Below are positions 15,755-25,503 of a stretch of DNA of 32,000 bases, piece after piece. The number at the start of each line of letters is the position of its first letter. Position 1 is the stretch's first letter. The notes below the pieces were generated by a model. That model did not search any database. It worked only from the letters and a program-made list of their open reading frames with translations, and had not been told where the DNA came from. Source of the stretch: Candidatus Poseidoniaceae archaeon (GTDB taxonomy: Archaea > Thermoplasmatota > Poseidoniia > Poseidoniales > Poseidoniaceae); NCBI GenBank assembly GCA_943789275.1, contig CALSTM010000002.1:150001-182000 (forward strand). Direction: 5' to 3'. A program made the position numbers and the translations under genes.

Positions 15755-16399
15755 ATGCACATGAGCGGAGAGCGAGGCGTCGATGTCCGCTTGTTGGGCA
15801 GTGTACCCTACGCTGATGCACTTGAATTGATGAAAGAGTTGCAAAAGCAGAGAATAAACGATGAAATCAACGACACCTTACTCATACTTGAGCACCCGGA
15901 AATAGTCACAGTAGGACCGCGTGCCCGCCATGATGGCATTGCACCGCCTGAAGGTTATGCATCGTATCCGGTGGACAGAGGTGGCGGACTCACCTGGCAC
16001 GGTGAAGGCCAAATTGTGGCTTATCCAATATTCAAATGGGACCTTGAGGGGGAAGTTTCAGTCGCTGCTGTAATCTCTTTACTCGAATTATGGATTCTCA
16101 AGGCACTGAAAAAATGCAATATAGAGGGGCATCTGGACCAAAGAATGCAAGGCGTATGGGTCAATGAAAAGAAAATCTCGAGCATCGGCCTCTCCTTTTT
16201 GCGTTGGACTTCTCGTCACGGTTTTACCATCAACTATGACACTCCAAAAGGTCGCGTCGAAATGCTTGCTGGGTGCGGGTTAGATGAAAACACCACCACT
16301 TCACTGGCTGGAGAAGGTTTTCACGTTCAGCGAGAGGAACTGCTCGAAGCACTCTATGCCACCATGTTTGAATCCATAGGCCGTGAGAGAATCCATTAG
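15755..16399 (+). CDS. lipB: lipoyl(octanoyl) transferase
   Basis: ILEHPEIVTVG, VDRGGGLTWHGEGQIVAYP, KISSIG and SRHGFTINYD are LipB hallmarks. ATG 15761 is an alternative start. Confidence 0.9.
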   Translation: MHMSGERGVDVRLLGSVPYADALELMKELQKQRINDEINDTLLILEHPEIVTVGPRARHDGIAPPEGYASYPVDRGGGLTWHGEGQIVAYPIFKWDLEGEVSVAAVISLLELWILKALKKCNIEGHLDQRMQGVWVNEKKISSIGLSFLRWTSRHGFTINYDTPKGRVEMLAGCGLDENTTTSLAGEGFHVQREELLEALYATMFESIGRERIH

Positions 16400-16451
16400 C
16401 ATCGTTCTATAGAGGATTTCGAACACGAAAGGGTCATTGTGAAAACAAGTG

Positions 16452-16459
16452 CATAAAAG
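16452..16459 (+). promoter_or_regulatory. TATA-like box (CATAAAAG) for ubiX
   Basis: Exactly 21 nt upstream of ATG 16481. Confidence 0.4.
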
Positions 16460-16480
16460 GCAGAACCCTTACCTTGCAAC

Positions 16481-17053
16481 ATGGGCGAAGTCGTTGTAGG
16501 AATCTCCGGAGCATCCGGTGCCATTTATGGTCAACGCTTGGTTGAGGTACTAACCTCGAAAAAGATTCCAGTCCGATTGGTTGTTACCAATGCTGGAGAA
16601 ATTACACTCAAGCACGAATGCAATACCACAAAAGAAGAACTTTCTGAACAGACCGGAGCATTGCTGGAGAACGACAAGAACATCGGCGCTAAATCGGCTT
16701 CTGGCTCTGCGAACATCGATGCAGTCGTACTGTGCCCTTGTTCCGGCACCACCCTCGGTAAGCTCGGCGCAGGAATCGGTGATAATCTCATCACTCGTTC
16801 AGCCATTGTTGCTCTCAAGGAGCGCAGAAAACTCATCATCGTACCTCGCGAAGCACCTTATGCAACCGTACACCTTGAGAACATGCACAAATTATCGCAG
16901 TGGGGAGCAATTGTAATCCCTGCATCTCCCGGTTTTTACAACCATCCGAAAACCATCGATGATATGGTCGACTTTGTCGTCGCTAGAATCCTCGACCATA
17001 TTGGTATTGAGCACAAACTCGGCACACGTTGGACGGGCGACGAAATCGACTGA
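16481..17053 (+). CDS. ubiX: flavin prenyltransferase UbiX
   Basis: VVGISGASGAIYG, CPCSGTTLGKLGAGIGDNLITR and LIIVPREAP are typical of UbiX/Pad1 flavoproteins. Confidence 0.9.
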   Translation: MGEVVVGISGASGAIYGQRLVEVLTSKKIPVRLVVTNAGEITLKHECNTTKEELSEQTGALLENDKNIGAKSASGSANIDAVVLCPCSGTTLGKLGAGIGDNLITRSAIVALKERRKLIIVPREAPYATVHLENMHKLSQWGAIVIPASPGFYNHPKTIDDMVDFVVARILDHIGIEHKLGTRWTGDEID

Positions 17054-17098
17054 ACTTTCAACCAAGGCATTCTTGAACCATAACCGGTTGAGAGATAT

Positions 17099-18886
17099 AT
17101 GGACGAGACGCAACTGTCCCAGAATTCCGTCGCAGAACTCAAAGAAATGCTGCGCAGTAAAGGATTACCTGTCAGTGGACGCAAGGCGGATTTAATCGCT
17201 CGGCTCAGCGAATCTTCATCAGAAACAAAACAGATCTTGGACGGTGCATTCCCCTCAGAAAGAACCGTTAATCTCGAAGACGAGGAGGAACAAGCAGGCG
17301 ACTTAACGTTCAAACAACGATTGGGTGTTCAAGTCTACGGGCCCCTCAACGTTGGCGCTCTTATCGCTATTGCAATGGCTGTCATCATGGTTACAGCAAC
17401 AATTCTCGTTTTCAAGCCGACTTGGTTAGGTTTTGAACGTCAGTACGATTATGAATTGATTGATTTTGACCAAGACCAAACTCGAAATTTCGCTCAAGAC
17501 CTTGTTAACCTTGGACATCCAGATTGGGAAGGTCGAATGAGTGGAACAATTGAGGAAACAAATACCTCACAATACATACTTGGCAAGTTGCAAGACATGG
17601 GATACACACCCGAAAACAACGAGTTTCAAGTGCCAATGCATCATGTGAATTCTGAACCCAGTTTTAGACTCTGTGTCCGTGGTGTGTTAGGCGATAGCTC
17701 ACCCTGTGAAGGGTTTTTTGCGGCCGGCTCTCAAGTGACGCCTTTCCAACACCGCTCTGATTATGTCATTCAGGGATTCTCAGGCCAATCCGAATACATG
17801 TTCAATGAAGACATCATAGTCACGGACTTGGGTAACGGAACCGATGAAGCATTGTGGCAAACAGCGACTGGAACCATCGGCTATGTTCGAGGTGACAGTT
17901 CCAAGGTTGGAAACACAGAATTGTACAGCAATGCTGCAATCAACGACCTGGCAGGACTCATCAGCGTCAACAAAAACTACCAGTGCGGAAAAATTGAGGG
18001 CAACGATTGCGTACCGATTTTCAAGGGGACAAACTACGACGCCTTGGTTGAGGCAAACGGTGGAAGCCTTCCAACAGACATCCCGTTTATCTCGATGTCA
18101 AAAGATGCTGGAGATATTTTTGAAGCAATGGTCATCAACTCAAGTGAGCCTGCTTCTATAGAACTCATCATAGACGTCACCAACGACCAAGAAAGGACCA
18201 TCTATGTGCCCTGCGGTAGTATTCAAGGTCGTACCTCTGAAGTCGTGATCGCCGGTGGTCACCACGATACTGTCTACCATGCACAAGGCGCAGTGGATGA
18301 TTCCTCTGGAAGCGCAAGCATCCTTGAGATGGCTCGACAAATTGCTGAAGTCATCAATGAAACCGGAACGCCAGAGCGTACGATTCGATTCTGTACATGG
18401 GGCGGTGAAGAAGAAGGCCTGTGGGGGAGCCGAGCATATGTTGAGCAGATGCAATCCAGTCTGCGCGATAATTTGAGACTGTACATTAACCTCGACATGA
18501 ACCACGTCGACGCAGATTTTGCAAACCGTGGCAATTCACTAACATTGTTCACCAACAACCAAGACGATTATGGGCACATCGTGCGAATTACTGACCTCTA
18601 CAAACAGGAAAGAAGTGAGATTGCTGACAAATACGATATTCAATTCAGTTTACTTGATGGAGCGCAAGGCGAACCCGACCAAATGCCGTGCAATTCCGAT
18701 CACTGTCCTTTTGTCTATGACTTGGGTGGCAAGAACGGACGAGCAGTTGTGTGTTACGGCAGCGGCAGTTGGGAATACCACACGTACCTCGACACCATGG
18801 ATCGATTCAATGAAGAATCACTGGCTGTTTCAACGACTGTGTATGGGACTTACATGCGGTTGCTTGCCTACGACCTAGATGCTTGA
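17099..18886 (+). CDS. membrane-anchored M28 family metallopeptidase with N-terminal SAP domain
   Basis: The SAP motif is SVAELKEMLRSKGLPVSGRKADLIARL and the TM segment is VGALIAIAMAVIMVTATILVF. M28 zinc ligand motifs are GGHHDTV, VDDSSGSA, GGEEEGLWGS, INLDM and SDHCPF. Confidence 0.85.
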   Translation: MDETQLSQNSVAELKEMLRSKGLPVSGRKADLIARLSESSSETKQILDGAFPSERTVNLEDEEEQAGDLTFKQRLGVQVYGPLNVGALIAIAMAVIMVTATILVFKPTWLGFERQYDYELIDFDQDQTRNFAQDLVNLGHPDWEGRMSGTIEETNTSQYILGKLQDMGYTPENNEFQVPMHHVNSEPSFRLCVRGVLGDSSPCEGFFAAGSQVTPFQHRSDYVIQGFSGQSEYMFNEDIIVTDLGNGTDEALWQTATGTIGYVRGDSSKVGNTELYSNAAINDLAGLISVNKNYQCGKIEGNDCVPIFKGTNYDALVEANGGSLPTDIPFISMSKDAGDIFEAMVINSSEPASIELIIDVTNDQERTIYVPCGSIQGRTSEVVIAGGHHDTVYHAQGAVDDSSGSASILEMARQIAEVINETGTPERTIRFCTWGGEEEGLWGSRAYVEQMQSSLRDNLRLYINLDMNHVDADFANRGNSLTLFTNNQDDYGHIVRITDLYKQERSEIADKYDIQFSLLDGAQGEPDQMPCNSDHCPFVYDLGGKNGRAVVCYGSGSWEYHTYLDTMDRFNEESLAVSTTVYGTYMRLLAYDLDA

Positions 18887-18924
18887 TAGCGAGACTTTCA
18901 ATAACTGAAGCAAGTGGCTTGTGC

Positions 18925-19212
18925 ATGGTCGCTCCCAGTGCATGGGCATCTCATATTTTGGTCACATCCAAATCTGAGGCTGTTCAAATAAAAGACAAGG
19001 TGAACAAGTTGAAAGATTTTCAGAAACTTGCACGCAAGAAGAGTTCCTGTCCGTCAAGCCAAAAAGGAGGAGACCTCGGCTGGTTTCGCAAGGGACAAAT
19101 GGTTCGAGAATTCGAAGAAGCAGTATGGAGTATTCCAGTTGCAAGCGTATCTGAACCGGTAAAAACCCAATTTGGATATCATCTGATATGGGTTCACGAG
19201 AGAGACGAATAG
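18925..19212 (+). CDS. parvulin-type peptidyl-prolyl cis-trans isomerase (PpiC/PinA-like)
   Basis: ASHILV..., CPSSQKGGDLGWF, FEEAVW and TQFGYHLIWV. ATG 18925 gives the usual ~95 aa. The ORF-track start at 18883 is a TTG overlapping the upstream stop. Confidence 0.85.
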   Translation: MVAPSAWASHILVTSKSEAVQIKDKVNKLKDFQKLARKKSSCPSSQKGGDLGWFRKGQMVREFEEAVWSIPVASVSEPVKTQFGYHLIWVHERDE

Positions 19213-19220
19213 GTGATTGG

Positions 19221-19583
19221 ATGACGTTTCGCGTAGCCTTAGAATCCTACACGGTCATGGCAAAACATGGATACTTTAGCTATGAGCATGAAAACGAACA
19301 ACCGTTTGTATTCAGTGTATGGACGACACTGACTGAACAACCCATCGAGGAGAATCTCGAGAACACATTGAATTATGCCGACATTCAAATCGCTATAGAC
19401 AAAGTGATGTTAAAGTCAGAAAGGCCCATCCTCCTGTTGGAAACTATGGCCAATCGGGTTGCTGAAATCCTGAAATTAAAATCCAACGTCGCAACCATTC
19501 ATGTTCGAATAGAAAAACCAGATGCCCCACTGCCGCATCCAGGTGGATTAGCAGTTGTTGAACTCGAATGGAGTCGAAACTGA
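19221..19583 (+). CDS. folB: dihydroneopterin aldolase
   Basis: It aligns by eye to E. coli FolB: GYFSYEHENEQPFVF with GVYDWEQTIEQKLVF, LNYADI with LSYADI, and LLETMANRVAEIL with LVERVAEEVAELL. ATG 19221 is preceded by AGGTGA. Confidence 0.8.
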   Translation: MTFRVALESYTVMAKHGYFSYEHENEQPFVFSVWTTLTEQPIEENLENTLNYADIQIAIDKVMLKSERPILLLETMANRVAEILKLKSNVATIHVRIEKPDAPLPHPGGLAVVELEWSRN

Positions 19584-19619
19584 GCGAGCCTTGAAACACA
19601 ACAACAGCCACGGTACCTC

Positions 19620-20147
19620 ATGGCGGATGAAGTTCAACGCGTGTTTGTACCGTCTGCTATCGAGGAAGGTGGAGGTTCAATCGCCCTCGGTTGTTTCTCG
19701 AGTGAAGAGACAGCATGGCAAGTCCTCCGTAGTTTTCTCAAAAAAAGCGACCAAATGCTGCTGGTGTCCTCTTCAGTAGTTGTGTGGGACATCGACGTCA
19801 TTGGAGAAAACGGTATCACCGTACTCTCGACAATGGAGTGCAAAGACTGTCCAGTTTGTGGACGACGCACGTTTTGGTTGGATTTAGATAACTTCTCTGC
19901 ACTTTGCCACGGTGATGCTTGCGCTGCTTGGGTCGAGGAAAGTACGGTAGAACCCGGAGTCATCGACTGCGGTTGGCCACCGATTCGATTCCTCAAACAA
20001 GCGAAGGACATCGAAGAAGCGTTCAGTGAATTGTTCAAAATTGGAGACCAAATGAAAGCCGTATCCCGTGTCGATTCACTCGGTGAACAGCAGCCTCAAG
20101 CTATGATGGATGAATTCGAAAACGCTGAAGGCAACGAATCAAAGTGA
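19620..20147 (+). CDS. hypothetical protein with putative zinc ribbon (CKDCPVCG...CHGDAC)
   Basis: 175-aa ORF with an ATG start and an acidic C-terminus. Its 3' end overlaps the convergent gene by 9 nt. Confidence 0.55.
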   Translation: MADEVQRVFVPSAIEEGGGSIALGCFSSEETAWQVLRSFLKKSDQMLLVSSSVVVWDIDVIGENGITVLSTMECKDCPVCGRRTFWLDLDNFSALCHGDACAAWVEESTVEPGVIDCGWPPIRFLKQAKDIEEAFSELFKIGDQMKAVSRVDSLGEQQPQAMMDEFENAEGNESK

Positions 20148-20417
20148 TCGAAGCACAATTGGTCCTACAAAACTGAAGGCAAACAAACCAAGGAACACAA
20201 ACATCCAAATTCGCATTTGTTTCTGATTTCTTTCATCTCGACTGTTCTTATCAATGCACTCTTGGTCTTTACAAACTCGAGGTTCAGCGGACATTTTGAT
20301 GGGCGTAAAACAAACGCGGCAGTGTTTGTGGGGTTGCACTTTCCCAGTCGAGAGCGAACCTCGAGCCTTGTTGGTCATCTTCGCAATGTTTTCTTTGACT
20401 TTTGATGCATCTACCAT
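20139..20417 (-). CDS. DUF2116-like Zn-ribbon protein with C-terminal TM helix
   Basis: PHKHCRVCFTPIKMSAEPRVCKDQECID, then a basic linker and the hydrophobic tail IWMFVFLGLFAFSFVGPIVL. GAGGTGA lies upstream of the ATG, and the gene starts 9 nt downstream of pyrH. Confidence 0.7.
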   Translation of the reverse strand: MVDASKVKENIAKMTNKARGSLSTGKVQPHKHCRVCFTPIKMSAEPRVCKDQECIDKNSRDERNQKQMRIWMFVFLGLFAFSFVGPIVLRSL

Positions 20418-20426
20418 TTGTTCACC

Positions 20427-21131
20427 TCATTGAATCAATGTGCCCTCAAACGATTGGCCGTCCAACGCCTGTTCAAGGCGCAGCGTATCCCTTCCATCAA
20501 GAACTGCGAGTGTAATTGCTGCGTCTTTTGCCCAACCAACTGCAACGGGGTCGATAACTGCTGAAGCACCAGGGGAAAGAGGTTCTCCAATCCCAGTTAT
20601 TTCTGCCAATTGGTCAAACGTCATCGTACTGAATGATTCAGCATCATCATGCTTTCGTGGGTCTTTGTCAAAGACATGCGACACGTTCGTGGCGATGATG
20701 CAGTGCCCTGCGCCAGCGTCCCGTGCGAATGCCACAGCGACAGCATCGGTCGTATGACCGGGAGTGGTACCGCCCATAATGACCAAATGGTGTTGGTCCA
20801 AAAGTTCCGCTGCTTGCTGAGTAGAGGTTGGTATGACTGGTGCCACATCGCAGCCGATGTCGAGAAGAACTTGTTGAATGATGGTCGCATTAAGTCGAGT
20901 TGCTGCAATACCTACTTCATCGAGTCGGTGTGCATCACTCACCATGGTCTTTGCCAAATCAATACCTTCCCGGGCGGGAAGACCGCCTCCAACAACAATC
21001 CCAAGATGGCGACCGTTACCTTCGATGTGAACGGCCAGTTGGCGTAACTGCCCAAACCATGCCGTTCGCTGTTCCGATTCTTCCGGCCGCAGTAGACTAC
21101 CTCCTAGAGCAACAACTTGGCGACGGGTCAT
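20427..21131 (-). CDS. pyrH: UMP kinase, archaeal type
   Basis: VVALGGSLL, IVVGGG and VIMGGTTPGHTTDAVAVAFA..ATNVSHVFDKDP. ATG 21131 gives ~234 aa, the usual archaeal size. The 34-aa upstream extension in the ORF track is not homologous. Confidence 0.9.
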   Translation of the reverse strand: MTRRQVVALGGSLLRPEESEQRTAWFGQLRQLAVHIEGNGRHLGIVVGGGLPAREGIDLAKTMVSDAHRLDEVGIAATRLNATIIQQVLLDIGCDVAPVIPTSTQQAAELLDQHHLVIMGGTTPGHTTDAVAVAFARDAGAGHCIIATNVSHVFDKDPRKHDDAESFSTMTFDQLAEITGIGEPLSPGASAVIDPVAVGWAKDAAITLAVLDGRDTLRLEQALDGQSFEGTLIQ

Positions 21132-21281
21132 CAAACAACCCTCTCGCGTCCATACTTTGAGACTATCCCTGTGAAAAGACCGAGCAAGCACATCCTGCAA
21201 GCAAAAACTTCTGTCGAAATGATTCGGCGGCATAAGAGAGTTGAAGACCCCTCAACGGTGCCGTTAGGTTGAGGCCACCCT

Positions 21282-22529
21282 ATGTCTGACGAAGCAGTTC
21301 TAGCAACGCGCAGACTTCGACTTAAGATGGCGCTTGAAGACCTGCGTGAAATGAAGGGGTTCGGCACAGAACTGGTGACCATCATTATTCCACCCGACCG
21401 ACAAGTCTCCGATGCCCGTTCACTTCTGCAAAACGAACACGGCCAAGCCGCCAACATCAAGTCAAAAGGTACGCGGAAGAATGTACAAGGAGCTATTGAA
21501 TCTGCACTTTCAACGCTTTCGAAGTACAAGAATGCAGGCGAAAACGGAATCGCTTTATTCGTCGGCTCAATTATCATCGGTAACAATAAAAATCGAATGA
21601 TCAATGTTGTTGTTGAAGAACCTCCACAACCTTTGATTTCCTTCCGTTACCGTTGCGACTCAGTGTTTGAATTAACCCAACTTGAGGATATGTTGGTCGA
21701 CAAGAAGTCGTACGGACTGTTTGTCATCGACCGTTCTGAGGCAGCGTTTGGAATTGCATCGGGTAAAAGAATCCACGTCCAAGAACACCTGGTCTCAAAC
21801 ATCATGGGCAAGCACCGTCAAGGTGGTCAGTCTGCTCAACGTTTCGAACGGCTCATCGAAGAAGCGGCTCACAATTTCTTCAAACGAGCTACCGAACACG
21901 CTTCATCGTATTGGCTGCCAAACCTCGAAGACATCCAAGCGATCATCGTTGGAGGACCTGGGGCGACCAAAGATTTCGTCGTGAAAAACGATTATTTCCA
22001 TCACGAAATAGCGAAGAAAATAGCCAAAACTACATTTGACGTTGGTTATTCAAACGACAGCGGGGTTCGTGAATTGGTCGAAAACGCTGGCGCAATGATG
22101 GGTGAAATCGAACTTGACGCAGAACGGCAAGTGATGAATGTGTTCTTGGGAGAACTCGTGAAGTCAGCACCGAAAGCCACCTACGGTGAAAAGATGGTTC
22201 GACAAGCACTCGACCAAGGTGCAGTCGGAAGACTTCTCATCTCTGAAGCGTTGAGAAAGAATTCTCTAACCCTTCAATGCGGTTCATGCAATCACGAATG
22301 GGATGTGAGCATTGGTCGAAGTGAACCAATACCAGATTGTCCATCTTGTAAAGCCTCAGGAGACAACGCCAAAGAATTGAAGAATGTCCCACTCATTGAT
22401 GAATTGATTACCATGGCTTCGAAAAGCAATACAGAAGTTGTCTATATATCAGTCGATACCGAAGAAGGCTCTCAACTCCTTTATGGATTTGGTGGCTTGG
22501 CTGGTATTTGTCGATACCCAATGATGTGA
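21282..22529 (+). CDS. prf1: peptide chain release factor aRF1
   Basis: The NIKS stop-codon recognition motif (ANIKSKGTRKNV) and the GGQ motif (HRQGGQSAQRFERL) are present. There is also a C-terminal Zn-ribbon-like insertion CGSCNHEW...CPSC. Confidence 0.95.
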   Translation: MSDEAVLATRRLRLKMALEDLREMKGFGTELVTIIIPPDRQVSDARSLLQNEHGQAANIKSKGTRKNVQGAIESALSTLSKYKNAGENGIALFVGSIIIGNNKNRMINVVVEEPPQPLISFRYRCDSVFELTQLEDMLVDKKSYGLFVIDRSEAAFGIASGKRIHVQEHLVSNIMGKHRQGGQSAQRFERLIEEAAHNFFKRATEHASSYWLPNLEDIQAIIVGGPGATKDFVVKNDYFHHEIAKKIAKTTFDVGYSNDSGVRELVENAGAMMGEIELDAERQVMNVFLGELVKSAPKATYGEKMVRQALDQGAVGRLLISEALRKNSLTLQCGSCNHEWDVSIGRSEPIPDCPSCKASGDNAKELKNVPLIDELITMASKSNTEVVYISVDTEEGSQLLYGFGGLAGICRYPMM

Positions 22530-22538
22530 GGTGAATTC

Positions 22539-24317
22539 ATGTACATGCTTAGGGAAGTACTCGAACCGTTGCTCGAGCAGGTTCTCGTCTCTATCGGCGT
22601 TGCCAACGAACATTGGAAAAACATGCTTGTTCGCTCCCGTGAGCACGATCAAGGTGACTTGTCGCTTCCTTGTTTCCCGTTCGCTAAAGAACTCGGTAAA
22701 TCTCCTGTAGACATCGCTCAACAAATTGCTGATTCACTTGCATCGCATCAGGCCATAGGAGAAGTCAACGCCGTTGGTGGATACCTCAACATCAAAGCAA
22801 ACCCGTCATGGTTGGCCCAACAAGTCATGAACGATGCAATTCGAATAGGAGATGCTTATGGGAAAAAACCAGCAAATGACACCCACATTCTGATTGAACA
22901 TACATCAGCAAACCCCAATGGTCCGTTCCATGTTGGACGTGCTCGCAATGCGATTTTGGGCGACACATTGGTCCGATTGCACCGTCTTTTCGGCAACAAC
23001 GTTCGTGCCGAATACTATGTGGACGACATGGGGAAACAAGTCGGCGTTCTTGCATGGGCGCTGGAACATTTGGGGAAAGCAGAAGTTGAACAAACGCTCT
23101 GTGACCGTGAACCAATAAACGAGAAATGGCAAGGTAAAGCCGACCATGAACGAGTACGATGGTACCAAGCGGCTCAAGCAATTCGTCAAGAGCGCTCAGA
23201 CAAAGAAGAGATTGAGAAGGAAATTGGCCGTATGGTCCATGCCAGTGAACACGGTGATGAAGTCGTCCTTCAAGCGTTCCAAGACGCTTACCAACCCGTA
23301 TTGGATGGAATGCTCTTGACTTTGAAACGGCTGGGAATTGGTTTCGATACATTCACCAAAGAATCCATGTTTGTCACAAACGGAGATGTCGCTGAACTCA
23401 TGGAGAAATTCAAGACGTTTGAGATTCATGGGACTGCAGACAACGGTGCTGAATTCCTCGACCTTGGAGCTCGTGGCTTGAAAGGAAAAACGGAGTTCTT
23501 CTTTAGAAGAGGCGACGGCTCATCTCTCTATGCCACACGGGATATCGCATACCACATTTGGAAGTGGAAACAATGTGACCTCTTGATCAATGTGCTTGGA
23601 GAAGACCATAAATTGCAAGCAAAGCAAGTTGGTATGACGCTCAGTGAACTGGGAGAAAAAGTACCTGATGTCTTGTTCTACTCGTTCATTAAACTTCCAG
23701 AAGGGAAAATGTCAACCCGCAAAGGGAATGTCGTTTACATGGACGATTTGTTGGAAGAAGCGCAGGCCCAAGCCGCTGCCGTCGTTGGGGATATCCATCC
23801 GGATTACTCACAGGAAATGGTTGAAAAAATTGCAGAGGCCGCTGGAACGTCAGCTGTACGATTTAACATCATCAAGGTGAGTCCGGATAAAGGATTCACG
23901 TTCCGTTGGGAAGAAGCCCTTGCCTTCGAAGGTGGCTCAGCACCATTCATCATGTACAGTCACGCAAGAGCATGTTCTATAGCGAGGAAGTGTGTTCAAG
24001 CAGGCATCGATACTGCTGCTGCATCTCAATCCAGTGCCGATATACCGGACTCCATGCCGAAAGGTATGATCGAATTGCTGAGGACAATCTGTGTCCACCA
24101 GGATGTGCTGAGCAAGGCAGTGACTGACCGCAGACCTCACCTTTTTGCGAACCAATTGTTGCAATTAGCGACTTCATTCAACGCTTTTTACCGTGATTGT
24201 ATGATTCTGCAAGAAGGAGAATTGAATGTGTTTAATTTCCAACTCTCCGAGCTGGCACGAAATCTAATGCGAACCAGTATGGAAGGGCTTGGAATCGTTC
24301 CAGTAGAACAAATGTGA
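22539..24317 (+). CDS. argS: arginine--tRNA ligase
   Basis: HTSANPNGPFHVGRARNAILGD (HIGH region), the MSTRKG (KMSK-like) motif and a C-terminal anticodon-binding domain ending in ..VEQM. GAGGTGA lies 4 nt upstream of the ATG. Confidence 0.95.
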   Translation: MYMLREVLEPLLEQVLVSIGVANEHWKNMLVRSREHDQGDLSLPCFPFAKELGKSPVDIAQQIADSLASHQAIGEVNAVGGYLNIKANPSWLAQQVMNDAIRIGDAYGKKPANDTHILIEHTSANPNGPFHVGRARNAILGDTLVRLHRLFGNNVRAEYYVDDMGKQVGVLAWALEHLGKAEVEQTLCDREPINEKWQGKADHERVRWYQAAQAIRQERSDKEEIEKEIGRMVHASEHGDEVVLQAFQDAYQPVLDGMLLTLKRLGIGFDTFTKESMFVTNGDVAELMEKFKTFEIHGTADNGAEFLDLGARGLKGKTEFFFRRGDGSSLYATRDIAYHIWKWKQCDLLINVLGEDHKLQAKQVGMTLSELGEKVPDVLFYSFIKLPEGKMSTRKGNVVYMDDLLEEAQAQAAAVVGDIHPDYSQEMVEKIAEAAGTSAVRFNIIKVSPDKGFTFRWEEALAFEGGSAPFIMYSHARACSIARKCVQAGIDTAAASQSSADIPDSMPKGMIELLRTICVHQDVLSKAVTDRRPHLFANQLLQLATSFNAFYRDCMILQEGELNVFNFQLSELARNLMRTSMEGLGIVPVEQM

Positions 24318-24319
24318 AA

Positions 24320-25435
24320 TCATTGGTCTCTGCGATACCAACCCTCTGGTAATTCCAGAGGATTATTTGGACGAGCAACTCGAACGCGGCGGACAATTTC
24401 AAGACGCATTGAGTCCATTCCTACGAATTCTGTTGCAGACATCGTAACTCTGCCCTGAGGGTCGTACAGCAACGGCAATTGTGGCTCACCTTCCGAGCCT
24501 TCATCTCTCCATTCTTGTTCGGCTGCATTGACTTCATCCCACATCTCGGGAAGAGGTGTGAGAAGGTCAGCCTTCGATGTAACAACCATCAAGTCCGTGC
24601 CCGGTAGGAGTTCTTGGACATCTTCCAGAAGGTGCTTCTGCTCTTCAATGGAAGTTCCACAGGCCTCACTCTCATCCATCAAGAACAACACCAAAGAACC
24701 GATGTTTTCCAAAGCGGCAATGGCTTGCAGTTCAATGGCGTTACGCTTATCCAGCGGCCGGTCAAGAAGACCAGGCGTGTCGACCAGTTGGAATTGTAAA
24801 CGCCGGTGAGTGAAATGGCCCACGTGTATTTGTTTCGTCGTGAAAGGATAATGATTAACTTCCATGTTTCCAGAACTCAGCGCAGAAATGAAGGCGGATT
24901 TTCCAACGTTGGGTGCACCACACACAACAATGCACGGTAGAAGTTGGTCGATGGTTGGTAGGCGCTTGAGAACTTCACGTGCTTCGCTTAACCATGCCAA
25001 TGAAGGGCCCACTCGGCGCATGATGGAGGAGATTCTCCCATATGCTTCACGACGAGCATCATGCATTAATTCTGTACGACCAGTACGAACAATCTTCTTG
25101 CTGTTCTGACCTGCGATGTTGATCACCTGCTTGCTGCCCCATTGCAGCATCGAAAGGTGATGGCGGTAATCGTCGCAACCAACGCATGCATCAATCATAG
25201 AAACATCGAACTGCGGTGATTGGTCGAGAGATGGCCACATGTTGACCATGTCTTGAAAAGTAGTCGAGATGATGTCTGCTGCCGTTTGGACCATCCGGTT
25301 CATTTGCTTGCGAACACGGAATACTCGGTCGGAGTCGTCTACTCTGTCCGCGGCCTTTTTGGCTCGAGAGAAGGCTTTATCCAAAATTTCCTCTTCAAGA
25401 AGAACGGTTGGAAGTGTTCGCCACGAGACTTTCAT
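24320..25435 (-). CDS. NOG1-family GTP-binding protein
   Basis: G1 is GAPNVGKS, G2 is FTT, G3 is DTPG. An N-terminal NOG1-type helical domain is present. GGGGAGAAGGGT lies upstream of the ATG. Confidence 0.85.
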   Translation of the reverse strand: MKVSWRTLPTVLLEEEILDKAFSRAKKAADRVDDSDRVFRVRKQMNRMVQTAADIISTTFQDMVNMWPSLDQSPQFDVSMIDACVGCDDYRHHLSMLQWGSKQVINIAGQNSKKIVRTGRTELMHDARREAYGRISSIMRRVGPSLAWLSEAREVLKRLPTIDQLLPCIVVCGAPNVGKSAFISALSSGNMEVNHYPFTTKQIHVGHFTHRRLQFQLVDTPGLLDRPLDKRNAIELQAIAALENIGSLVLFLMDESEACGTSIEEQKHLLEDVQELLPGTDLMVVTSKADLLTPLPEMWDEVNAAEQEWRDEGSEGEPQLPLLYDPQGRVTMSATEFVGMDSMRLEIVRRVRVARPNNPLELPEGWYRRDQ

Positions 25436-25503
25436 ACCCTTCTCCCCGTTCTAAGCCGGTCGCCCACCCTTCAAGAAGACATCCGTTCAACTTGTCTTCA
25501 ACA

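Noticed and set aside
21250-21274. Hairpin CCTCAAC...GTTGAGG that could sequester the aRF1 SD (autoregulation idea).
   Set aside because: If transcription starts downstream of the CATAAGAG box, the 5' arm would not be in the mRNA. The stem is short, and alternative pairings exist. The support is insufficient.
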